The notes below the pieces were generated by a model. It was not told where the DNA came from and did no database searches. It saw only the letters and a program-made list of their open reading frames with translations. The position numbers and the translations under genes were made by a program. Shown here in pieces: positions 46,924 through 54,850 of a DNA stretch of 62,758 nt. The DNA is taken from NCBI GenBank assembly GCA_964544105.1, contig CAZIZQ010000001.1, positions 1 to 62,758 on the forward strand, written 5' to 3'. The DNA comes from an uncultured Gammaproteobacteria bacterium (GTDB lineage: Bacteria > Patescibacteriota > Microgenomatia > Levybacterales > UBA12049). Within the stretch, counting starts at the first letter, position 1, and each line of letters opens with the position of its first letter.

Positions 46924-46932
46924 TGTTATAAT
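46924..46932 (+). promoter_or_regulatory. Extended -10 box TGtTATAAT, 8 nt upstream of the infA ATG
   Basis: Read directly from the sequence. It implies a 1-2 nt leader. Confidence 0.45.
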
Positions 46933-46940
46933 GTGAACTC

Positions 46941-47159
46941 ATGGCTCATCAGGGATCGATAGAAATAGACGGAATAGTTAAGGAATCATTGCCTAATACC
47001 CTTTTTCGTGTCGAAACAACGGATGGAAATCTTATTCTCTGTCATTTATCAGGCAAGATGCGGATGCATTTTATTAAGATTTTGCCAGGAGACAAAGTGC
47101 GAGTCGAAATGACCCCGTACGATAAGAATAAGGGGAGAATTACCTACAGAGGAAGATAA
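46941..47159 (+). CDS. infA: Translation initiation factor IF-1
   Basis: 72 aa, S1-like fold, with LPNTLFRVE ... [16 protein letters not shown]. Confidence 0.96.
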   Translation: MAHQGSIEIDGIVKESLPNTLFRVETTDGNLILCHLSGKMRMHFIKILPGDKVRVEMTPYDKNKGRITYRGR

Positions 47160-47160
47160 T

Positions 47161-47274
47161 ATGAAGGTGCAAGCAAGTGTTAAACCAAGATGCGCAAAAT
47201 GTAAAATTATAAAACGGAAAGGTGTTGTTAGAATTGTGTGTGAAAATCCACGACACAAGCAGCGACAGGGATAA
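47161..47274 (+). CDS. rpmJ: 50S ribosomal protein L36
   Basis: [37 protein letters not shown]. Not in the ORF track because it is too short. Confidence 0.93.
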   Translation: MKVQASVKPRCAKCKIIKRKGVVRIVCENPRHKQRQG

Positions 47275-47277
47275 GAT

Positions 47278-47712
47278 ATGAGAATTGCAGGAGTTAATTT
47301 ACCAGATGAAAAACGAGTAGATATTGCCTTAACATATATTTATGGTATTGGGCGCGGGAATGTTGGTTTGGTATTAAAGAATGCAGAAATAGATACAGCA
47401 AAGCGAGTAAAAACACTTTCCGAAGAAGAGCAAAAGCGAATTCAAAAGGCATTAGAAACATACAAAGTAGAAGGAGATTTGCGTGCAGAAATAACAGGTA
47501 ATACTAAACGATTAAAAGAGATTGGAGCTTATCGAGGCACCAGGCACTCACGTAGTCTTCCTGCACGAGGACAGAGGACTAGGTCAAATGCCCGCACCAA
47601 ACGAGGAAAGCGTATGACAATTGGCGCAATCAAGAAAGAAATGGCTGCAAAGCTAGGTATCGATTCAAAGACAGATAGTGCACCAAAAGCCGCGGCAGGA
47701 GGGAAAAAATAA
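47278..47712 (+). CDS. rpsM: 30S ribosomal protein S13
   Basis: MRIAGVNLPDEKRV ... YRGTRHSRSLPARGQRTRSNART. Confidence 0.96.
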   Translation: MRIAGVNLPDEKRVDIALTYIYGIGRGNVGLVLKNAEIDTAKRVKTLSEEEQKRIQKALETYKVEGDLRAEITGNTKRLKEIGAYRGTRHSRSLPARGQRTRSNARTKRGKRMTIGAIKKEMAAKLGIDSKTDSAPKAAAGGKK

Positions 47713-47715
47713 TCT

Positions 47716-48123
47716 ATGGCAGAAAAACCAAAGGAAACAAAGCAGTCAATTGGTAAAAAAAAGGCTGGGGTAAAAACCACTCAAAAGGGACGGGTATATA
47801 TTACTTCAACATTTAATAATACTTTAGTTGCAGTAACAAATGAAGGTGGAGATGTTATTTCCTGGGGTTCCTCCGGTGGATCAGGATTTAAGGGTACTAG
47901 AAAATCTACTCCATATGCAGCAGGAATTGCAATGGAAAATGCGGCCAAAAAAGCAATGGTTAAAGGAATAGAAGCAGTTGACATTTTTGTAAAAGGGCCT
48001 GGTTCGGGTCGGGATTCGGCTCTACGGGCAATCAAGACAGTAGGACTTTCAATTTTATCTATTGCCGATATTACGCCTATTCCACATAATGGGCCACGGG
48101 CAAAGAAAAAGAGGAGAGTCTAA
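47716..48123 (+). CDS. rpsK: 30S ribosomal protein S11
   Basis: GFKGTRKSTPYAA ... DITPIPHNGPR blocks. Confidence 0.96.
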   Translation: MAEKPKETKQSIGKKKAGVKTTQKGRVYITSTFNNTLVAVTNEGGDVISWGSSGGSGFKGTRKSTPYAAGIAMENAAKKAMVKGIEAVDIFVKGPGSGRDSALRAIKTVGLSILSIADITPIPHNGPRAKKKRRV

Positions 48124-48129
48124 AATTAT

Positions 48130-48729
48130 ATGGCACGATATATTGGACCAAAACATAAATTAGCACGTAGAGAAGGAATAAATGTTCTAGATAAAGAATC
48201 ACAGTCTTTAGCTAGACGACTTAATGTTCCTCCTGGCGTACATGGCCGAAAAAGAAAAAGAGCTCTTTCTGAATTCGGTACTCAGATGCGGGAAAAGCAA
48301 AAGGCAAAAGCCGTATATGGCATGTTAGAAAAACAGTTTAGAAATATGGTCGAGCGACTCCAAAGACAAAAGGGAGAAACCGGCGAACTTTTAATTTCTT
48401 TACTTGAGACAAGGCTCGATAATCTTGTATATAGATTGGGTTTTGCCAAAACCCGTTTCCAGTCTCGTCAATTTGTTGGCCACGGACACATACTGGTTAA
48501 TGGAAAGAAAATGACTATTCCTTCTTATCAGGTAAGAATTGGAGAGACAATAGCTCTTTCTCCAAAAATGCAAAAAAAGGTTGTTGAAAAGCCGGAAGAA
48601 GAGGAAACGCGAGTCCTGCCATTTTTGGAGAAAGAGAAAGAAACAGGAAAACTTTTACGCATGCCGAAAGCTTTGGATGTGCAAGTTCCCTTTGATACGC
48701 AATTGATCATTGAATATTATTCAAGATAG
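48130..48729 (+). CDS. rpsD: 30S ribosomal protein S4
   Basis: MARYIGPKHKLARREG N-terminus and an S4 RNA-binding domain. Confidence 0.96.
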   Translation: MARYIGPKHKLARREGINVLDKESQSLARRLNVPPGVHGRKRKRALSEFGTQMREKQKAKAVYGMLEKQFRNMVERLQRQKGETGELLISLLETRLDNLVYRLGFAKTRFQSRQFVGHGHILVNGKKMTIPSYQVRIGETIALSPKMQKKVVEKPEEEETRVLPFLEKEKETGKLLRMPKALDVQVPFDTQLIIEYYSR

Positions 48730-48756
48730 TGGTAGAATACTATTTTTACAAGCTTT

Positions 48757-49686
48757 ATGACAGAGCCAACATTTAAAGTCAAAGAAGAAAAGCATACCGA
48801 TACATACGGTGAGTTTGTTATAGAACCGTTGGAGCCAGGGTATGGGCATACCGTTGGGAATGCCCTCCGTCGGGTATTATTAACTTCTATTCCGGGAGCT
48901 GCAGTCGTTGCTATTAAAATTTCTGGTGTAAAACATAAATTCTCTACCCTTGCAGGATTAAAAGAAAATATTGTTGACCTACTTCTTAATATAAAAGGAA
49001 TCAATTTTCAGCTTACCGATGCCAAGCAAAGCGCGGTTGTTAAGATTTCGGAAAAAGGTCCAAAAGAAATTACTGCAGGAGATATTGTGGTAAGCGATGG
49101 TGTGGCTGTTGTTAATAAAGATCACTATATTGGTTCTTTGGCAGATAAAAAGGCAAAGTTAGATATGGAACTTACTATTGAGCGAGGCCAGGGATATATG
49201 TTGGCAGAAGAGCGAAAAGCAGAAGAATTAGGAGTTATTACAACCGATGCTATTTTTACCCCAGTGCACAGAGTAAGCTACACAGTATCGGCAACCCGTG
49301 TTGGAAGGCAAACAAATCTAGACCGAGTTGTCCTTTCTATTTGGACAAATGGTGCAATTTCTCCAAAAGATGCCTTAAAACAGGCAGCAAAGGTCCTTGC
49401 GTCGTTCTTTATGCAGGTATACGAGCCAAAGGCAGGCAGCAGTGCTGCAACAGAAGGAGTAGCAATCAGCCCATCGGTTTCAGAAGATCTTCTTAAACTT
49501 ACAATCGATGAATTAGATTTACCAACCCGTATCTATAATAGTCTTCGAAATGGCGGCATAGAAACATTGGGTCAGCTTCTTGGTACATCAAAGCGAGACC
49601 TTATGACAATGAGAAATATGGGAAATAAGTCAATAACAATTATCGAAGACAAGTTGCGAGAAAAAGGTATTTCACTAGGAATGTAG
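48757..49686 (+). CDS. rpoA: DNA-directed RNA polymerase subunit alpha
   Basis: 309 aa with GYGHTVGNALRRVLL and a C-terminal domain containing LDLPTRIYNSLRNGGIETLGQL. Confidence 0.96.
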   Translation: MTEPTFKVKEEKHTDTYGEFVIEPLEPGYGHTVGNALRRVLLTSIPGAAVVAIKISGVKHKFSTLAGLKENIVDLLLNIKGINFQLTDAKQSAVVKISEKGPKEITAGDIVVSDGVAVVNKDHYIGSLADKKAKLDMELTIERGQGYMLAEERKAEELGVITTDAIFTPVHRVSYTVSATRVGRQTNLDRVVLSIWTNGAISPKDALKQAAKVLASFFMQVYEPKAGSSAATEGVAISPSVSEDLLKLTIDELDLPTRIYNSLRNGGIETLGQLLGTSKRDLMTMRNMGNKSITIIEDKLREKGISLGM

Positions 49687-49687
49687 A

Positions 49688-49801
49688 GCAAAACTCAAAG
49701 TTCAAATGTCAAAGCTCAAAACTACAGTTCAAAACTAATAATCTTTCAAGTTTTGAGATTTTAGTTGTAGATTTGCGATTTGCGTTTTGAGATTTGAGTT
49801 T
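49688..49801. repeat. Heptamer-built palindromic element, copy E5
   Basis: Fills the rpoA-rplQ spacer. Positions 49690-49738 match the reverse complement of 27616-27664 at 46 of 49 positions. Confidence 0.88.
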
Positions 49802-49808
49802 ATTTTTT

Positions 49809-50267
49809 ATGAAAAAGCATGTCTTTGGACGAAAATTAAAACGAGATAAAAATCAGAGGACGGCTTTGTTTAAGGGTCTTATTTCGTCATTTATTTTACA
49901 TGGTAAAATGCAGACAACAGAAGCAAAGGCAAAATCAGTCAAAGGTGTAATAGATAGTTTAGTGACAAAAGTTAAAAAGAATAGTCAAGTTGTTGCAAAA
50001 AGACTTATTTCGCCATATGTTGCACATAATGCGATTTCCAAGTTTGTTGACGAAGTTGTACCGGCCTTAACAGAGCGCAAAGGGGCATATACAAAAATGG
50101 TAAAGCTTGGAAAACGACTTAAAGATGATTCTTCAATGGTACTAATTGAATGGGTGGAACAAATCTCAAATGTCAAAACTCAAAGCTCAAAACTAAAAAG
50201 CGACAAAGAAACCAAGGTTAAAAAAGTAAGTAAGCCAAAAGTTAAAAAAGAAAAGGCAGCAAAATAA
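49809..50267 (+). CDS. rplQ: 50S ribosomal protein L17 with a repeat-derived, Lys-rich C-terminal extension
   Basis: Starts MKKHVFGRKLKRDKNQRTALF. The ORF-track start at 49794 was rejected because it lies inside repeat E5. Confidence 0.93.
   Translation: MKKHVFGRKLKRDKNQRTALFKGLISSFILHGKMQTTEAKAKSVKGVIDSLVTKVKKNSQVVAKRLISPYVAHNAISKFVDEVVPALTERKGAYTKMVKLGKRLKDDSSMVLIEWVEQISNVKTQSSKLKSDKETKVKKVSKPKVKKEKAAK
50161..50200. repeat. Single arm of the heptamer element embedded in frame in rplQ
   Basis: aaatctcaaatgtcaaaactcaaagctcaaaactaaaaag. It shares the 20-mer ctcaaatgtcaaaactcaaa with the E3 and E4 arms. Confidence 0.85.
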
Positions 50268-50692
50268 TGAAAAAAACAACACAAGCAACAAAGGCAAAAG
50301 AAATTAAAAGAGCGTGGCATCTTATTGATGTAAAGGACAAGATTCTTGGACGAGCATCAACGGAAATTGCCCTTCTTATTATGGGAAAGGCAAAGCCATA
50401 TTTTATTAAAAATCTTGATTGCGGCGATTATGTGGTGGTTATCAATGCCAGAGATATAAAAGTAACCGGTAAAAAAGAAACAGATAAAATATATACTCGT
50501 TATTCAGGATATCCAGGTGGTTTAAAAAAAGAGGTATACGGTAAGCTTCATGCACGAAAACCAGAAGAAATCATTATTCATGCGGTAAAAGGCATGTTGC
50601 CACAGACCAGACTTCGCGATAGAATGCTAACACGGCTTTTTGTATATGCCGAAGATAAGCATCCATACGAAGAGAAACTCAAAACTCAATAA
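50267..50692 (+). CDS. rplM: 50S ribosomal protein L13
   Basis: WHLIDVKDKILGRASTEIA block. The last codons (KLKTQ) are aaactcaaaactcaa. Confidence 0.95.
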   Translation: MKKTTQATKAKEIKRAWHLIDVKDKILGRASTEIALLIMGKAKPYFIKNLDCGDYVVVINARDIKVTGKKETDKIYTRYSGYPGGLKKEVYGKLHARKPEEIIIHAVKGMLPQTRLRDRMLTRLFVYAEDKHPYEEKLKTQ

Positions 50693-50697
50693 AATAT

Positions 50698-51183
50698 ATG
50701 GCAAAAGAAGAAAAAAAGAAAGAAGAAAAAGTAAAGGTAGATAATTCAAAAAAGAATTTTGTTCATGCTGTTGGCCGGCGACGGGAAGCAGTTGCGCGGG
50801 TTCGTTTGTATCACGAGCCCAAAGAGCCTGTTGTGTGGAGCGAACAAAAAATTGAAAAAGGACAAATCTTTGTGAATGGCATGCCAATTTCACAGTATTT
50901 TTCAGGTAGTGTTGCACAAGCAGCATACGAAGAGCCGCTTAGGGCAACCAACATGTTGGAAAAGAGTGTTGTTACCATTATTGCCTCGGGCGGTGGGAAA
51001 AATGGACAGTTGGATGCGGTAATTCATGGTCTTGCACGTGCGTTGTCCAAGCATGATACAGAAAAGCATAGAAAAACTCTAAAGAAAAAAGGATTTTTGA
51101 CTAGAGATCCCCGAACACGAGAGCGACGAAAAGTCGGCATGGGTGGTAAAGCTCGTCGAAAGAGACAATCACCAAAACGTTAA
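50698..51183 (+). CDS. rpsI: 30S ribosomal protein S9
   Basis: GGGKNGQLDAVIHGLARAL ... TRDPRTRERRKVG ... C-terminal KR. Confidence 0.95.
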   Translation: MAKEEKKKEEKVKVDNSKKNFVHAVGRRREAVARVRLYHEPKEPVVWSEQKIEKGQIFVNGMPISQYFSGSVAQAAYEEPLRATNMLEKSVVTIIASGGGKNGQLDAVIHGLARALSKHDTEKHRKTLKKKGFLTRDPRTRERRKVGMGGKARRKRQSPKR

Positions 51184-51187
51184 GGTT

Positions 51188-52024
51188 ATGTCCCAAGACA
51201 AATACTCTGCTGTCTGGGTTTCCAATTCCTCGATTAGTGATTTTTTAAATTGTCCAAGACTCTATTTTCTTCGGAATGTCTATAAGGATCCAAAAACCAA
51301 TCACAAAATAAATATTGTTAGCCCCCCTCTTGCTTTGGGCCAAACCGTGCACGAGGTGTTGGAATCTTTGTCATTTCTGCCAAGCGATAGCCGACTTAAC
51401 GAATCGCTGTTGGATAAATACGATGTTGTTTGGAAAAAAGTCAGCGGTAAGCTTGGTGGGTTTACAGACGAAACAGAAGAAAAGTATGTTAAAGAGCGGG
51501 GCGCAGCCATGCTTAAGCGAGTTATGGAGCACCCTGGCCCACTTTTAAATAAAGCCATAAAAATACATAAAGACGACCCAAACTATTTACCCCATTACTA
51601 TTTATCCGAAGAAGAAAATATTATCCTTTGTGGCAAGATTGATTGGCTGGAATACATGCCGCAAGATGGCAGTGTTCACATTATTGACTTTAAGACCGGT
51701 AAAAACGAAGAAAAAGAAGACTCTCTCCAACTGCCCATCTATTACTTGTTAGTCAACAATTGCCAAAAGATGAAGGTGACCAAAGCCAGCTATTGGTACC
51801 TGGATCGAGATACCAAGCCTGTCGCGGTCGAGCTACCGCCCCTTGAGGAGGCCTACAATATGGTTTTAGAGGCTGCAAGCAAGGTCAAGCAGGCAAGGGT
51901 TAAAAAAGAGTTCCTCTGCCCTAAAAATGGCTGTTTTTCCTGCCGGCCGTTTGAAGCCATTCTCAAGGGCGAGGCAGAGTTTGTTGGGGTGAGCGGCTAC
52001 AGCCAGGATATGTATATTTTGTAG
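51188..52024 (+). CDS. PD-(D/E)XK nuclease, Cas4/RecB-like, with Cys cluster
   Basis: IIDFKTGK and LQLPIYYLL motifs. One N-terminal Cys (FLNCPRLYF) plus C-terminal CPKNGCFSC. Starts 4 nt after rpsI. Confidence 0.7.
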   Translation: MSQDKYSAVWVSNSSISDFLNCPRLYFLRNVYKDPKTNHKINIVSPPLALGQTVHEVLESLSFLPSDSRLNESLLDKYDVVWKKVSGKLGGFTDETEEKYVKERGAAMLKRVMEHPGPLLNKAIKIHKDDPNYLPHYYLSEEENIILCGKIDWLEYMPQDGSVHIIDFKTGKNEEKEDSLQLPIYYLLVNNCQKMKVTKASYWYLDRDTKPVAVELPPLEEAYNMVLEAASKVKQARVKKEFLCPKNGCFSCRPFEAILKGEAEFVGVSGYSQDMYIL

Positions 52025-52030
52025 CCCACA

Positions 52031-52057
52031 AAAACCCCCGCCAAGGCGGGGGCTTTT
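52031..52057. terminator. Bidirectional intrinsic terminator between the nuclease gene and csp
   Basis: aaaa-cccccgc-caag-gcggggg-ctttt: a GC stem flanked by an A run and a T run. Confidence 0.7.
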
Positions 52058-52075
52058 GTGTATAGCCTAATATTA

Positions 52076-52273
52076 TTAGGCAAGTTTGACGTTTTTTGCA
52101 TTTGGGCCTTTTGGTCCATCTACAACTTCAAACGTTACGGCTGCTCCAACTTGAAGTTCATCAAATGTAACACCGACTAAATCTTTGGAATGAAAGAATA
52201 GATCTTTTACTTCTCCTTCTCGAGAAATAAATCCAAATCCTCGATCTGTTTTTGTTTTAACTGTTCCGTTCAT
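52076..52273 (-). CDS. Cold-shock protein (CspA family)
   Basis: 65 aa, contains DRGFGFI. AAGGAGG SD and TGgTATAAT lie upstream on the minus strand. Confidence 0.95.
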   Translation of the reverse strand: MNGTVKTKTDRGFGFISREGEVKDLFFHSKDLVGVTFDELQVGAAVTFEVVDGPKGPNAKNVKLA

Positions 52274-52438
52274 GTATTTTTCTACCTCCTTTCACTCTTT
52301 AGATTATACCACGGTAACTATTGAATTGCGACAAAAAGTAAAAAAGATGCCTGTTTTTGTTTATATTATCTTTACCAGATATTGCCAAATCTTGCCAGAT
52401 AGTATGTTGATGCCCATTTAGAAAAACAAAATTCCCTA

Positions 52439-52474
52439 TTGAAAATCGTCTAATAATCGTCTATAATACGTCTA
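52439..52474 (+). promoter_or_regulatory. Consensus-like fic promoter overlapped by three CGTCTA boxes phased at 11 bp
   Basis: TTGAAA (52439-52444), 17 nt, TATAAT (52462-52467). CGTCTA occurs at 52447, 52458 and 52469. Confidence 0.55.
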
Positions 52475-52483
52475 TATACTCTT

Positions 52484-53527
52484 ATGATTAAACCTCGATA
52501 TATAATTACTGATCGTCTTTTAGCCAATATTAAAAGAGTTAATTCCTTGGTCAGTGAATTGAATGACAAAAGATTTCCTAATATAGTCCTACTTGAGCTA
52601 GAAAGAACTGCAAGAGAAGTTTCCTCTTATGCTTCAACCAGTATTGAGGGTAATCCTCTTCCTTTAACTGAAGTCAAAAGGATCCTTAAAAATAAACCTG
52701 CTCATATTAGAGATAGTGAAAAAGAGGTCTTAAACTATAATCAAGCGCTCCAAGATCTAAATGAAAAGATTAAGGAAGGTAAAGCTAAACTTTCTCTAGA
52801 ACTTATATTAATAATTCAAAGACAGGTAACTAAAAATTTATTACCTAATTTCGAATCAGGTTATTTAAGAGAAAAGGCAGTAGTTGTTAATGATCCTAGA
52901 ACTGGTCAAGCAGTATTTCTACCTCCTGATGCTAAGGATGTAAAACCATTGCTTGAAAATTTAGTGGATTTTGTGGAGAGTAATCAAGAAAAAATTGATC
53001 CTCTAATTCTTGCTGGGATATTTCATAAACAAATGGTAATTATTCACCCTTTTATGGATGGTAATGGTAGGGCTACTAGATTGGCTACAAAACTATTGCT
53101 TGCTGAGATGGGATTAAATACCTTTAATCTATTTAGTTTTGAGAATTATTATAACCAAAATGTTACCAAGTACTTTCAAACTGTAGGTGAATTTGGAAAT
53201 TATTATGAGTTAATAGACAAAATAGATTTCACTAGTTGGTTGGAATATTTTACCGAAGGGATTATTGATGAATTACTAAGGGTACAGAAATTACTTCCTA
53301 AAACAGCAGTAGGATTTACCCCAGAAAGTATTTTAAAACCACATTATTTAAAAATTCTTGAATTTATTAGAGAGAAAGGCTTTATTGCAGATCAAGATTA
53401 TGCAAAGATAACTAATAGGGCAAATTCAACAAGGGCATTTGATTTTCAAAAATTAGTAAAAATAGGCCTTATTGAAATGAGGGGAAAAGGAAAAGCTACA
53501 TATTATGTATTAAAAGAAATAGATTAA
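52484..53527 (+). CDS. fic: Fic-family protein with N-terminal inhibitory helix and C-terminal wHTH
   Basis: Canonical HPFMDGNGRATR motif, a STSIEGN match to (S/T)xxxE(G/N), and a C-terminal wHTH-like ~70 aa. Confidence 0.85.
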   Translation: MIKPRYIITDRLLANIKRVNSLVSELNDKRFPNIVLLELERTAREVSSYASTSIEGNPLPLTEVKRILKNKPAHIRDSEKEVLNYNQALQDLNEKIKEGKAKLSLELILIIQRQVTKNLLPNFESGYLREKAVVVNDPRTGQAVFLPPDAKDVKPLLENLVDFVESNQEKIDPLILAGIFHKQMVIIHPFMDGNGRATRLATKLLLAEMGLNTFNLFSFENYYNQNVTKYFQTVGEFGNYYELIDKIDFTSWLEYFTEGIIDELLRVQKLLPKTAVGFTPESILKPHYLKILEFIREKGFIADQDYAKITNRANSTRAFDFQKLVKIGLIEMRGKGKATYYVLKEID

Positions 53528-53535
53528 CTTAAATT

Positions 53536-53748
53536 ATGAATAAAATACAACCAAAATTAAAACTTATCAAACAAGGCTCAATAAAGGGTTATACAATAAG
53601 TAATATAGAAAAGGTTCTTAGTAAAGAAAAATACAATAGTTTTAAACAATGGATTTATGGACAAACAGTAGGAATATATAAGGGAGAGGATCTTATTTAT
53701 GCTCATGATTTTGATAGCTTCTTAAAAGGTCTTCCAGTTGTGGATTAA
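53536..53748 (+). CDS. Small hypothetical protein (70 aa)
   Basis: ORF 9 nt downstream of fic. No recognisable motif. Confidence 0.4.
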   Translation: MNKIQPKLKLIKQGSIKGYTISNIEKVLSKEKYNSFKQWIYGQTVGIYKGEDLIYAHDFDSFLKGLPVVD

Positions 53749-53872
53749 AATTAACTTTATCGTTTAAGAACGATTTAGACGAAGTATTTTTTCTCTTTAT
53801 TTATAATTCTGAAGCACATATGAGATTGAATAGTCCGTAAGATTCTTTAGGATAAGCTATAATGACATAATT

Positions 53873-54844
53873 ATGGAACTGCAAATTCCGACAAAGAAAA
53901 TGCTATTTGTTGCATACCCTTGGGATATGTATATCCAAAGCATGTATGAGGATATATTTAGCGAATTATTTGAAGAATGGGATATTAGGCATGGATCAGA
54001 GGTAACTTTAAAAGATAGCGATGCTTCAGAAGTCGAAAAATTCATGAACAGGAATAAACATCTTTACGATATTTTTGTCTCAGCAATTGGGAAATCAGAT
54101 TTTTTTATTGCAGATGTCACTAAAACAAATCCGAATGTAATGCTTGAGCTTGGAGTTGCAATACAACTAAACAAAAACGTATTGATTGTTACTAGTGATG
54201 AGCTTAAAAAACTACCGTTTGATATCAGTGGATTTAGAGTTAGTAGATATAAGAATAAAAATGAATTGAAGAAGATAATCAAAGACGAACTAAAAACCTT
54301 TGAAAAAATAAGATCTCAAACTTTCCTCAAATATTTTGATGGATTTTATTTTCCCTATCCGTCCGAAGGAGAGTTAAAACACGGAAACGCATTGCCACTA
54401 CCAATACCGAGAAATATTAAGAATCTTCACCTACGAATAGAATATAAATTCTTGTCGATTTCGAATTCTCATGATTGGTTAGGTATCCATTTAAGAACTC
54501 AAGCTCCTGATATTGTAAGATCTGAATTAGTTTACGTCAGGAGTAATAAAAAGCTCGAATCAGTCTCTTTTCCTGGTAGACGCACACCTATTGTTGGAAA
54601 AGAAGCAACAACACAAAATTCTCAAATAGAGGGTGATTTTAAGGTGCTAGAATTAATAATGGTAGAGAATTCATTGAAAGCGGTAACTCCAGATAGCAGT
54701 CTTGAAGATAATGAACTTCAGAATGAAAACTTAGGCGGAATTGTTTTACATGCTTGGGCACATAACCCTCCAACGCAACAGAACCTAGCTATAAGATATA
54801 GAAACATAGAAATAATAAGCTTAGATACAACTGCTCCTATTTAG
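53873..54844 (+). CDS. Nucleoside 2-deoxyribosyltransferase-like / TIR-like Rossmannoid domain fused to an unknown beta-rich C-terminal domain
   Basis: The N-terminal ~140 aa contain FFIADVTKTNPNVMLELGVAIQLNKNVLIV, typical of NDT-like/TIR-like folds. The C-terminal ~180 aa are unassigned. An alternative start is at 53900. Confidence 0.45.
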   Translation: MELQIPTKKMLFVAYPWDMYIQSMYEDIFSELFEEWDIRHGSEVTLKDSDASEVEKFMNRNKHLYDIFVSAIGKSDFFIADVTKTNPNVMLELGVAIQLNKNVLIVTSDELKKLPFDISGFRVSRYKNKNELKKIIKDELKTFEKIRSQTFLKYFDGFYFPYPSEGELKHGNALPLPIPRNIKNLHLRIEYKFLSISNSHDWLGIHLRTQAPDIVRSELVYVRSNKKLESVSFPGRRTPIVGKEATTQNSQIEGDFKVLELIMVENSLKAVTPDSSLEDNELQNENLGGIVLHAWAHNPPTQQNLAIRYRNIEIISLDTTAPI

Positions 54845-54850
54845 ATAAAT

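Noticed and set aside
53775-53786. 12-nt inverted match (ttagacgaagta at 53775-53786 versus tacttcgtctaa at 58895-58906) as possible terminal inverted repeats of a nested element.
   Set aside because: A single 12-mer match in 62 kb of AT-rich DNA is expected by chance. It may instead reflect the CGTCTA box motif, and there are no target-site duplications.
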